A stretch of 64,000 bases of DNA from assembly GCF_035594765.1 (NCBI RefSeq), contig NC_085842.1, positions 206,781,747-206,845,746 on the forward strand. Direction: 5' to 3'. Positions 26,450 to 37,626 of the stretch are shown piece by piece. Both the position numbers and the translations under genes were made by a program. Each line of letters opens with the position of its first letter. Positions within the stretch are counted from its first letter, which is position 1. Below the pieces are notes generated by a model. That model saw only the letters and a program-made list of their open reading frames with translations, was not told where the DNA came from and searched no databases. Source of the DNA: Anolis carolinensis (lineage: Eukaryota).

Positions 26450-26690
26450 CCATCGCCATTTTATTCACCTCAGTTTCAACTCACCAACCCAAGGACCCTC
26501 TGCTTGCTGCCTGCCTTATCCGGAAGTTCCCGCCCACCGGAAGCGAATGAGCTGTCATCGCGAAGGCTAGACAGGTCCGTTATTGCCACTCAGACCGTTC
26601 TCTTTTAGCCCCGCCCCTCAGGCCGTGCACTTGTCACGCGTCTTCTCCAATCACGTCCGCGTATGGCCCATAAGGACCGCCTCCAGTACA
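26450..26690 (-). promoter_or_regulatory. ASB8: Probable ASB8 CpG-rich promoter and non-coding exon 1
   Basis: Local CpG enrichment; two ETS CCGGAAG sites (26520, 26537); GC box (26608-26617); CCAAT (26647); YY1-like CGCCATTTT (26454); minus-strand donor TTG|GTGAGT (exon end 26485). Confidence 0.75.
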
Positions 26691-27046
26691 AAGAAGGCTA
26701 CCTGGCTCCCCCTCCCAATCTCCTGAAGAGTGGATAGACATATATTGGGTATATCAACGCTGCAAAATGAATGCAATGGCTCAATGCTATGGGATTTGTA
26801 GTTTGGGAAGGCACCAGCTCTCTTTGGCAGAGGAAGGTATTAGAGAACATAACCTTTTAGAGAAGAGCCAAAAATCTCTTTGGAGCAGAATCTCTGTTTT
26901 AGTATACAACCAAATATAATTATGCTAGGCAGTGGTTTCAGTTGTTAGACTGAATAACCAGTTATCTTTGAATCTGTTAGGAATTTGCCTGTGCATAAAA
27001 TCAGCAGAGCTTTTGAAGTGTTTTTCAGTGCCCAAAATATATAAGA

Positions 27047-27366
27047 GGTAAAAAGGTAAAGGTTTTCCCCTGACGTTAAGTCCAGTCATGTATGACTCTG
27101 GGGGTTAGTGCTCATCTCTATTTCTAAGCCGAAGAGCCGGCGTTGTCCGTAGACACCTCCAAGGTCATGTGGCCAGCATGACTGCATGGAGCACCGTTAC
27201 CTTCCCGCCGGAGCGGTACCTATTGATTTACTCACATTGGCATGTTTTCGAACTGCTAGGTTGGCAGAAGCTGGAGCTAACAGTGGGCGCTCACTCCACT
27301 CCCGGGGTTTGAACCTGGGACCTTTCGGTCTCCAGCTCAGTGCTTTAATGCACTTCACCACCGGGG
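27047..27366 (-). mobile_element. Sauria SINE
   Basis: tRNA-like head, AAATGGAGATGAGCAC body, (ACCTTT)n tail. Confidence 0.9.
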
Positions 27367-28304
27367 TACTTTCCCATAAAACAACTTGTTTCATATCATG
27401 CATTCAAGAGACAAAAATGAAGCAGACTTTGATGGAAATATTAGGTTTACTCACAACTTTCATGTGTTCAGCATACAGAGTTACAAAAACTTATTAGCCC
27501 AGTTTCAAATATCTTTGAGATGGTTCCCTGTACCAGCCGGCCGGGGCATCTGTCTTGTAACAAAACAGCTATTGACAGGTCACATAGTTAAAAGGAAGAG
27601 AGAGGAGAAAGAGGAGAGCATGTGGTCTGCAGCCCCTTTTATAACTTCTCAGAAACCATAGAGTAAAGGAAACTGCACACCAGAACAAACATACAGGAAA
27701 CAGTAAGCAAAATGATCATAGACAAACAGATTGCTAGAGAAGGCTTGATGAAGGTTATCATTTTCAACAGAATGGAGTTAATTTCCTTAGAATCATAGAA
27801 CCATAGAGTTGGAAGAGACCTCATGAGCCATCCAGTCCAATCGCCTGCCAAGAAGCAGGAAAATCGCATTCAAAGCAGCCCCAACAGATCTTCCTGATTT
27901 TGTACTGCAATTTCTGTCATGGCAAAAGGCTACTTACATTACTCCTTTCCCAGTAACATAGAGAAAGAGTCCTTTGCACCTGACAGAGTCTAGAAACCTC
28001 TTATCAAGAAAAAACCCCCCACAGAATTATTTGATGGTGCATGCTTCTGGATTGGCAATGCACCATGTCTTTAAGAGGCAGATATGATCTTCCAAGTATG
28101 TCTACTGTCACACATGATCCCATATAGGGCAATTATGATATAAGTAATTATATTTATCTGAGAAAGGGCCTAAATACCCTCAGTGCATAAGATCCTGTAG
28201 GCTATGTTTCAAAGAAACTGGCAATACCAAATTTTGAGTATTCCTTTCCTAAGAAAACCCCATGATATTTATGGGGTCTGCCCAAAATGTAAATTGATGT
28301 TCAA

Positions 28305-28690
28305 TGTGTTGTCAAAGGCTTTCATGCCTGGTTTTTCATGGCCGGAATCACTGGGTTGCTGTGCGTTGTTCAAGTTGTATGGCCCTGTTCCAGCAGCATT
28401 CCCTCCTGACGTTTCGCCTGCATCTGTGAGGATTGTTGGAAATAAGGCTAGTGGAGTGTATACATATTTGGAATGTCCAAGATGGGAGAAAGAACCCTTG
28501 TCTGTTTGAAGCCAGTGTGAATGTTGCAGTTAGCAAGATTGATTAGCATTTAGTAACCTTGCAGCTGCAAATGCAATCAGTGGGGGGCTGTTATTTACTT
28601 AATACTTTGTTCAACTTGATTGTTTGCTGTCTGGAATTCCCTTCTTTCTGTGTGGCGTTCTTTATTTACTATCTCGATTCTTGCATTTAC
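28305..28690 (-). mobile_element. Penelope-like fragment, divergent, with internal deletion through the hammerhead
   Basis: tgttgtcaaaggctttcatg...cctgacgtttcgcctgcatctgtg matches the other Penelope ends. Confidence 0.7.
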
Positions 28691-30115
28691 ATTCATTAAC
28701 ATGAATAACGTAAATATATAAAACATAAATAAAGGTAACAGGTATTTTCCATCCTTTGGTATGCTAGAAAGTGAGAAACTACCTTGCCTAAGTAGACATC
28801 AAAAGCGAAGTATGCACCATTCATGAAGAATAAAGGAAACCTGGCCAGTAATCAGAAGTATTAGTGACCTTGCAATATATTTCACATTTATAATTTATTG
28901 TCTTGCCTCCAATTTTTGAAAACGCCTATTGCGCCCGGCTATTGGTTGTTGTTGAGCGTATGCTTTTATGATTTTTCTATGTTTTTCTGTATTAATTCAC
29001 TGTAATTGAATATATCTTATATTGTTGTATTTTATTGTTGTATTACTCGGCTTGGTCTCCATGTAAGCCACCCCAAGACCCTTCGGGGAGATGGAGGTGG
29101 GATATAAGAATAAAGTTATTATTGTTGTTATTATTATTATTGTTATTATTATTATTATTATTATTAATGTTTTATTCATAGAATAATAGCAGAGCACCCC
29201 TGTGAGATCAGAAGAAAGAACCAGAAAGTCCATCACCTTGCTTCTCTTAGAGGCCCTTCCACACAGCCCTATATCCCAGAATATCAAAGCAGAAAATCCC
29301 ACAATATCTGTTTTGAACTGGTTTATCTGAGTCCACACTGCCATATATCCCAGTTCAAAGCAGATAATATGAGATTTTATTCAGCTGTGTGGAAGGGGCC
29401 TCAGTGACACCTAGGGCAAGTCACACTTTCTCAGCCTCAGAGGAAGACAAAGGTAAAGGCAAACAAATCCTCCTCTGAACAAATCTTGCCAAGGAAATCC
29501 TGTGGTTGTAAATCACCTGAAGGCACAAAACAACCACAAATGCATATAGTGGTGGGCAAGACCACAGCCAGAACAATTTTTTGGGGGAGGGGGGTTGAAA
29601 CTTTTTTTAGCGAATAATGAAGAGTAGTTGCATAATGCAAAATAATTTAGAAATCGGACTCCATCAATAAACTTCAGTGGACACTTAAGACAGATAAACT
29701 TCAGTGAACGCTCATAATAATTTGGTTAATCAGTTAAAATTCATGAGTAAACCAAATTTTTAAGGAAAAAACTGAAAAATTGGGGGGGGGGTGAACCCCT
29801 ACCCCCCCCCCCCCCCTTCCCAGCTACAGCCCTGGTTGTGAGACAAGAGTTCATTCCACATTAGCGGATGGTTACTGTTCTGGCTATTGCAGAGTATCTC
29901 CACCAGCTTTTTCTCCTCCAATAGCTTGCTTTTTGTCAAAGAGGACAAAATCCTCCAAACAACCTTATAGCATAGGCTAGGCAGAGGCCCCTTCTACACT
30001 GCCATATAAAATCCAGATGATCTGTTTTGAACTGGATTATATGGCAGTGTAGGTTCATATATTCCAATTCAAAGCAGATAATCTGCATTTTATATGGCAG
30101 TGTAGAAGAGGACTA

Positions 30116-30442
30116 GGAGCCCCGGTGGCACAGTGTGTTAAAGCACTGAGCTGCTGAACTTGCAGACCGAAAGGTCGCAGGTTCAAATCCCGGGAGCAGA
30201 GTGAGTGCCCGGTGTTAGCTCCAGCTTCTGACAACCAGCCGTTCAAAAACATGCCAATGTGAGTAGATCAATAGGTACCGCTCCGGCAGGAAGGTAATGG
30301 TGCTCCATGCAGTCATGCTGACCACATGACTTTGGAGGTGTCCACGGACAACGCCGGCTCTTCGGCTTAGAAATGGAGATGAGCATCAGCCCCCAGAGTC
30401 AGACATGACTGGACTTAACATCAGGGGAAACCTTTACCTTTA
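30116..30442 (+). mobile_element. Sauria SINE inserted at the end of a Harbinger-type MITE
   Basis: ggagccccggtggcacagtg...aacctttaccttta; flanking tagaagagg duplication. Confidence 0.9.
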
Positions 30443-30816
30443 TAGAAGAGGCCTGGGGCCCCTTTTACAAGGCTGAATAAAATACCTGGAAAATCACTGG
30501 AATATATGTCAGTGTGGACTCAGATAACCCAGTTCAAAGCAGATATTGTGTGATTTTCTGCCTTGATATTCTGAGTTATATGGCTGTGTGGAAGGGCCCT
30601 GAGATGGTTGAATGGATGGATTTGAAACCAAACCTTCCCAGACTTTAAAAAAATCCCAACCACTATTCTACACTTTGCAGCAAATATCCACAGACTCTGA
30701 AAGACAACATAGCACGATGCTTACCGTCTCCCTATGATCTTGAAGAAACTCCTCCTGGGGACCTTTTGGCAGAAGAAAATGCATGCAGTTTTGGTACCCA
30801 ATTGCATCTTTCTCTA

Positions 30817-31028
30817 GGTGTATCTACACTGTAGAATGGATGCGGTTTGATCCCACTTTGATTTCCCTGGCTCAAGGCTCTGGCATCCAGGGAGCTGTAG
30901 TTTGGTGAGGCACCAACAGGGAAGGTTAAAGAACTTGCAAAACTACAGACCCAAGGATCTCATAGCGTTGAGCCCTGGCAGTTCCAAGTGGGATCAAACT
31001 GCGTCCATTCATCAGTGCAGATGCACCC
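30817..31028. mobile_element. Second Harbinger-type MITE (also 31914-32118, 50042-50243)
   Basis: GGTG(C/T)ATCTACACTG...CAGTG(C/T)AGATGCACC termini. Confidence 0.7.
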
Positions 31029-32120
31029 TGCCTATGTATGTGCGCTTCTAGACACTTCCAGGAAAGCGTGCTAAAGATAGCTCGCCTGAACCATAGAGCG
31101 AGCAGTTCCTCTGCTTTCCTAGCGATCAGCAGGAAATGCAACAGAGGCAGGAGGAGGAGGAGGGATAGGGGATTAAATTAAACTGGGACCTTCCTGTTCC
31201 CAGCAGCCCCTTGAGCCAAGAGTTGTGAGAATCGTCGCCTGTTATCCTTTCGTTTCCGCCCGGCCTCCATCCCAAAGGCAAGTGAGTTTTAATGCATTGC
31301 CTGCAGAAAGGGATTTTTTTTTTGGAGGTGGGGGGATCTGGACTGCAAGAGCAGAAGGTTTGTTTATCTTTGGATATTGCCCAGCTTTGGAAAATAATGG
31401 GCAACATGGCTTTGCTTCCCTTTGATCCTTTGGAAAATATTATGCATGGCTTTGAGAGGATCAGATCTTGCTACTGTCACCTTTGTGGAGACAAGGACTC
31501 CCCCTCGCTCCTCCTCTTTCCATCACTGCCTCTCTCTCTCTCTCTCTCTGATCTTGCAATTGTTGCAGAATTTTGGGAATTGCTAAAATTTGGAAGCGAT
31601 CTGGGTCTCTGCTTCTCCCTCCCCCCACCTGCTTGCCCCAAATGACATTGCTGGGTCCCAAGATGGCCACCCCGAGATAGAGAGCAAGCTGTCATTTAAA
31701 AGTTGCTTCTTCTAGGAGAGAGAAGATGATGTGGTCCCTTATCCCTAAAGTCAGGGGTTGAACAGTGTTCAGACTCAGGAGGGCTGGTTTGGAAAAGTTC
31801 AAAAATGAAATGTCTATATAGACTTTAAAATGAGTCCTGTGCATGCCTATTCAAAGGTAGTCCCTATTGAATACAAGCTTTGTGGATAGCGTTGCAACAT
31901 ATTTGTGGCTTACGGTGCATCTGCACTGCAGAATTAATGCAGTTTGACAGCACGAACTGCTGTGGCTCAGTGTTGTGGGATCCTGGGAGTTATAGTTTGG
32001 TGAGGCATTAGGACTATTAAAAACTTTATAAAGCTACAACTCTGATAGTTCCATAATCTTGAACCATGGCAGTTAAAGTGGTGTCAAACTGCATTAATTC
32101 CACAGTGTTAATGCACCTAT

Positions 32121-32452
32121 GGAGCCCCCGGTGGCACAGTGGGTTAAACCTCTGAGCTGCTGGACTTGCTGACCGAAAGGTTGGCAGTTCGAATTTGTGG
32201 AGCAGGGTGAGCTCCTGCTGTTAGCCCCAGCTTCTGCCATCCTAGCAGTTGGAAATCATGCAAATGTGAGTAGATCAATAGGTACCACTTAGGCAGGAAG
32301 GTAACCGCTCCATACAGTCATGTCGGCCACATGACCTTGGAGGTGTCTACAATACAACACTGGCTCTTCGGCTTAGAAATGGAAATGAGCCCCACTACCC
32401 AGAGCCGGACACGACTAGACTTAATGTCAGGGGAAAACCTTTAGCTTTTACC
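32121..32452 (+). mobile_element. Sauria SINE
   Basis: Same consensus; flanked by a tgcacctat duplication. Confidence 0.88.
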
Positions 32453-32664
32453 TGCTGCACCTATAATCTACTGGTGTGTATATACATACATACACATACA
32501 TGAACATAAAAGGGGTTGTGATGACTGTTTAACCTTGGAGATTCCTGATGGAATCCCATCTGAAAGGCATGTTTACAGTAATTTCACCATAGTTTTTTTG
32601 GCCAAAGAGCCCAATATATTCAGCGGAGTTTCCTCATTAGTGCAACTGTTACCCAAAGAGGATT

Positions 32665-32888
32665 GTGTGCACATATGCCTTCAAAATCACCTGTTGACGT
32701 ACTGTGTTCCCATATATTTCATAGCTTTTTCTTAAGGCAAGGAAGATGCAGAGGGGTTTTTTCGAATTGCTTCTTCTGAAATGCAGTCCACATCATATTC
32801 ATGTTTGTTGCTGGTCTCCCACCCAAGTACTAACCTTGTCTGACCTTGCTTAGCTTCAAAGATGAGGTGAAATCCGGAGCCTTTAAGA
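32665..32888 (-). mobile_element. 5S rRNA-derived SINE (SINE3-type), degenerate
   Basis: Minus strand GAAGCTAAGCAAGGTCAG..GGTTAGTACTTGGGTGGGAGACC resembles the 5S internal control region, followed by a non-5S body. Confidence 0.7.
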
Positions 32889-32926
32889 TTAACACTTGTA
32901 TATTAGCTGTACATATGTATGTTGGG

Positions 32927-33256
32927 TGGAGCCCCTGGTGGCGCAGCGGATTAAATTGCTGAGCTGCTGAACTTGCTGACCAAAAGGTCGCCAGTTTGAA
33001 TCAGGGGAGCAGGATGATCTACTGCCGTTAGCCCCAGCTTCTGCCAACCTAGCAGTTTGAAAACATGCAAATATGAGTAGATCAATAGGTACCTGTCCGG
33101 TGGGAAGGTAACGGCGCTCTGTGCAGTCATGCCAGCCAATGACCTTGAAGGTGTCTACAGACAACGCCGGCTCTTCATCTTAGAAATGGAGATGAGCACC
33201 ATCCCTCAGAGTCAGACATGACTAGACTTAATGTCAAGGGAAAACCTTTACCTTTA
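32927..33256 (+). mobile_element. Sauria SINE
   Basis: Same consensus; TSD tatgttgggt. Confidence 0.9.
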
Positions 33257-33261
33257 TATAT

Positions 33262-34556
33262 GTTGGGTGCCTTCAAGTCATTTCTGATTTACAGCAACCC
33301 TATCGCAGGGATTTCTTGGTCGAATTTGTTCAGAGCAGGTTTACTTCTTTCTAGGCTGAGAGTATGACTTGCCCAAAGTCACCCAATGTGGTTTCCTTGG
33401 CCAAGCATGAATATGAACCCTTGTTTTCCAGTATTCTAGTCCAACACCCAAACCACTACATCACAGAGTGTCTTTAATCCAGTGTTTTTCAACCTGTGGG
33501 TCCCAAAAGTTTTGGCCTTCAACTCTCAGAAATCCTAACAGCTGGTAAACTGACTGGGATTTCTGGGAGTTGTAGGCCAAAACACCTGGGGACCCACAGG
33601 TTGGCAATCACTGCTTTAAGCAATTGGTTGATCAATTTCCACATGAGAAAGGCGATCCTTTGAAGGTGGAGGAAGTATAGTATTTTTATAGGAATTATGT
33701 ATGTAGGAAGGATTCAGATAGCATAGTGGCAACACCGCCAATGGAAATAGAGCCATGTAGCAGGTGATGGAAAAGAGCCTTCTGCTTATGAGAAGTTACT
33801 AGCAGTCAGAACAGGTTTTATTATCCTATGTTTTTACTCATCTGAGGCTCAATGGATTGAGTTCCTTTGTGTCTTCCAAGTTGTTTCCTATCACAGATTT
33901 TCTTGGGAAGATATGTTCAGGAGAGACGGAACCTTGTCCAAGGTCACCCAATGGGTGTCCATGTCTGAATGTGATGTCACAGTAGACTCTGTAATTGTAG
34001 TCCAACGTTCAAACCATTGCACCACGCTGGCTCGAAATACAAATGGCACCCAGGGATCTGAGAGTCCTGCTAGAAAAGGAATGAGTGTCTGACCACAATG
34101 TCAACTTCATCTGTTTCCTTCATGTTCCATGTTCCTTCCCATAGCACATTCTCAGAGGTAGCTGTGTTGAGTATGCAGCAAAATACAACAGAATTCAAAA
34201 TTCATAAACTCAAATGCCTTTACTGGGCTACCTCAAGAATTGGCAATTGGTAGTGGTTTCTTTTTGGATGTAAAAGTGGAGTGTGAAAGCTTTGTATAGA
34301 AAGACACTTGTCATCTGCATTTTATATTTGCTGGCTAAGGCTGTTGTGTATTGCAGTCCAATAATCTTGAAATTATATTCAATCTTGTGTGCTTTCAAGT
34401 TGTTTAGATTTACGGCAACCCTATTACAGGTCTTTCTGAAGCCGAGTGTGTGTGACTCGCTCAAGGTCACGCAGTGGGTTTCCATGGCCTGTGGAATCAA
34501 AGTGTTGATCTAAAGTGTTGTAGTCGAACACTCAAACCACTACACTGTACTGGCTC
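33262..34556 (-). mobile_element. Cluster of three old tRNA/CORE-like SINE copies (33262-33465, ~33860-34032, ~34385-34556)
   Basis: Repeated tgccttcaagt...gacttgcccaaggtcacccaatgggt...tagtccaacactcaaaccactacac; related pieces at ~13200, ~23880 and ~29400. Confidence 0.65.
33480..33613. mobile_element. Same hAT MITE family
   Basis: Degenerate TIRs; TSD CTTTAATC/CTTTAAGC. Confidence 0.8.
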
Positions 34557-35614
34557 TCTGGAAACTACATGCCTCCCTCCAATCCCTGCTGTAAACCTTA
34601 TTTCATGTATATAATCTGTGCCTACAGCAATGTGGCAGCCAATTTGGATAAAGAAATATTTTATCCCTTAGGATTTGGTTGTATAAAATGGGTATATTGC
34701 TGGGGCTGGAATCTTGGGATAAGTAGACACCCCCTCCAGGGGCATGCAAACCACCTTTCGTTCTAACCAGGGTAATCTCAGCCAAAACCGGTTTATCTGG
34801 GACACAGCAGGAGGTCCGCAAGCAGGGAAGGACTTCTAAGTAAGCTTTAGACTGAGCTCTTCTGAACAGTCTTTCCATTAAATCCACAAGATTACTAACC
34901 CATAATGATGTATGGTAGAAGCACAACACACTACCAAAATACCCAGTGTCATTTTCACTGATCAAGTACTTCAACATCATCTATTATTAACTTCAGGACT
35001 TTGGACAGGAGTTTTGCCCAGCCATATCCGGAGAGACCAGGAGACACACTGGCTAAATACCTGTAACTTTGATTCAGCTTATTCTAAAGGGAAAAAAATC
35101 AGCCCTACATCCAACAGTCATACACAAATATGTTTAAGTTGCTGTAAAAGGTACATTTGCAAAAATGGATTGCAAAATCCACCTTTTTGCTGTAGATGTA
35201 AGGAGTTCAATCACATAAGATAAGCTTGCATAATTATTATTCAATGACATTTTGGGGATTCTCTGCTTTGTCAGATTCCGGATTCTGGCTGAGGAGCATA
35301 CATTCATGCCAGCAAGTCAATATGGTCCATTTGATTTATATTTTCTATCAATACTTCTCCTCTGAGTTTGGTATGTTATGAAAGCTGCTGTGATTTTTTT
35401 TTTAATTCTGGCACTTTTGTTATGTCTCTGATGACTGCCAGCATGGCAATCAAATGAGTGTGTGTTGAACCTCGATTTTAGTTGGGTATGCTCATGTTGT
35501 CCTTTAACACAGTATTGCTTTGTTTATAGGGTATTACTAGCTCTATAAACACCTGCAATTTCTCTAACTTCAGTTCTTTCCTTCTCCCCAAAACAGCAAC
35601 ATCTCTGCTTTGAG

Positions 35615-35690
35615 ATGGAGTGTGGAGATCCAAGCCTTGTGGAGATTCATGACGCAGATGATGGTGGAATGGCAAAGAGAGTCTATGTAG
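35615..35690 (+). CDS. Putative first coding exon of the C2H2 zinc-finger gene
   Basis: Acceptor aaacAG at 35596; ATG at 35615 in gagATGg context; MECGDPSLVEIHDADDGGMAKRVYV then G|GTgagc (phase 1), which joins in frame to the 36791 exon. Confidence 0.65.
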
Positions 35691-36790
35691 GTGAGCAGCT
35701 CAATGCTATTACAAAGCCATTGAACCTTTAGTTTATCCCACCCTCCCTAAACGTCCAGTATGGCAGGCAAGCTTCCCATTTCATACTTTATCTTCAAAGC
35801 AATCCTATGAGGTAGGTTAGACTAAGCGGAAAATCACTTGCACAAATGTGGATATGTAAATTTGGGGCTCACAGATCATATTCTAACACTTTAGCTGATT
35901 TGCCATGCTGGCTGTTAAAGGTATAGTTTGATATGTGATCAGACTTAAAAAGATTTCCTTTTTTGCATGGCCCTTCAGTAGAAGATTTAGAAGCTCACTA
36001 AAGTTTACTTATTAACAGGAGTGAATATGTACCAGGTTTGTGCGACCTACTTTGAATTTACTTGAAAATTTCCAACAAGAGCTAGGGCCAAAATTCCAGG
36101 GAGGAACATGGTTGGAAGTAAGGAACAGGGATATTTCTGAACATATGCTCAACCTAAGCATATGCTAAAGTCTAACTCCCAGCACCCCTTGTTACACACT
36201 ACATTGGCTAGGAATTGCAACCTAAAGCATATGACTCACATATTCCCCCAACTGTGCTGTTCATGCTAAATATCATCTTGGGGTTCAAACACTCTTATTA
36301 ATAACTGATTTTATTTGGGGGGGGGGCAGCAGGAAACTAGGAATCCTGGAGAGAAAACGTTCATTCTGGGGTCTCTATGTCCAAAAAATGGCTGTATTCA
36401 AAATTGACATAGCCCAGTCAAAACCAATCTTCTGTTGCTTGGCCAATCACAGAAATGATTGTGTAAACAGTGCAAAAATGAGAAATTTACAAAGCTCAGT
36501 GCTAACTGGGGAATTGGTTCTTGTACAATACTGGGTTTGCCTGAATACAGGATACTTCTGTTATTTTTTACTCCAGCACCACCCAGAGAGACAGGGATCC
36601 TTTGTCCTTCCATAGGATGTTGGCAGTTTATCAGTGATGATGAGAGTTGTACTCCAACAATATGGAGAGCCATAGGTTCCCCATCACTGTGATATACTCT
36701 TATACTCATACATTTCTGGCTGCTGAAGATAAGCTGCCAGGTCCTGATCTCTGGTTCTGGCAACAACTGAATTATTTGGCTATTTCTCAG

Positions 36791-37626
36791 CAGCTGATCA
36801 AAGTGGAGTGAGCGAGGGTGAGGAAGATGACCACATGGAGCACAAGACCATCCAACCTGGTATCCACCATGGACGATCCCCTTGGAAGGCCAGTTCACAG
36901 CAAGAAGGTTCAGCGATAGAACGGCAAGGGGGCCTGCTAGCTCCTGGCAGCTACATTGAGGGTGAGGTGACGGTTGCAGCCAACATGGTTTCACGATCCA
37001 GCAAGCAGCGTCCTTTCATATGTAATGAGTGTGGTAAGAGCTTCAGTCACTGGTCTAAACTGCTCCGGCACCAGCGTACACACACAGGTGAGCGGCCCAG
37101 CACCTGCACTGACTGTGGCAAGAGTTTCTCGCAGAACTCACACTTGGTGCAGCATCGCCGCACACATACTGGTGAGAAGCCCTATGTCTGCCGCGACTGC
37201 GGCAAAAGCTTCAGCTGGAGCTCCAACCTGATCCAACACCAGCGCATCCATACAGGGGAGCGGCCTTACACCTGTGGGGACTGTGGCCGCAGCTTTACCC
37301 AAAGCAAAAACCTGGCCAAGCACCGGCGGACACACACGGGAGCCCGACCATTCCGTTGTCCTGAGTGTGGGAGAGGCTTTGCACACACGGCTGGCCTGGT
37401 CAAACACCAGCGCCTTCGTCATGACACAGATTCTCCCATAGGTCACCCCTGTCCAGAATGTGGCCAACGCTTCCGCGCCCCGTCTGAAGTAGAACGTCAC
37501 CGGGTTGCTCACCATGGTGTCCCTCCATCTGAGCCCTTTATCTGTGTGGAATGTGGAGAGTGTTTCACTAAAAGCACCACATTGGTCCGACACAAGCGAG
37601 TACACAAGCCCATCTTCGTGCGTTAA
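36791..37626 (+). CDS. C2H2 zinc-finger protein, 7 fingers, no KRAB/SCAN domain seen (ZNF629-like array)
   Basis: tttctcAG acceptor; open frame with 7 CxxC...HxxxH(H) fingers and TGE(K/R)P linkers; AATAAA at 38198. Confidence 0.9.

Noticed and set aside
30116-30195. tRNA genes (A/B-box sequences at SINE heads)
   Set aside because: No complete cloverleaf; each continues into a SINE body and tail.
32811-32888. 5S rRNA gene
   Set aside because: Only a diverged part of 5S is present and it runs into a SINE body; it is a 5S-derived SINE.
36398-37605. Minus-strand ORFs (198 aa and 155 aa) overlapping the zinc-finger exon
   Set aside because: Antisense shadows of a GC-rich coding exon; no domain or splice support.
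35615-37626. Naming the zinc-finger gene ZNF641 or ZNF629
   Set aside because: The finger helices do not match ZNF641 as recalled and no KRAB was found; similarity to ZNF629 covers only four fingers, so the symbol is left blank.
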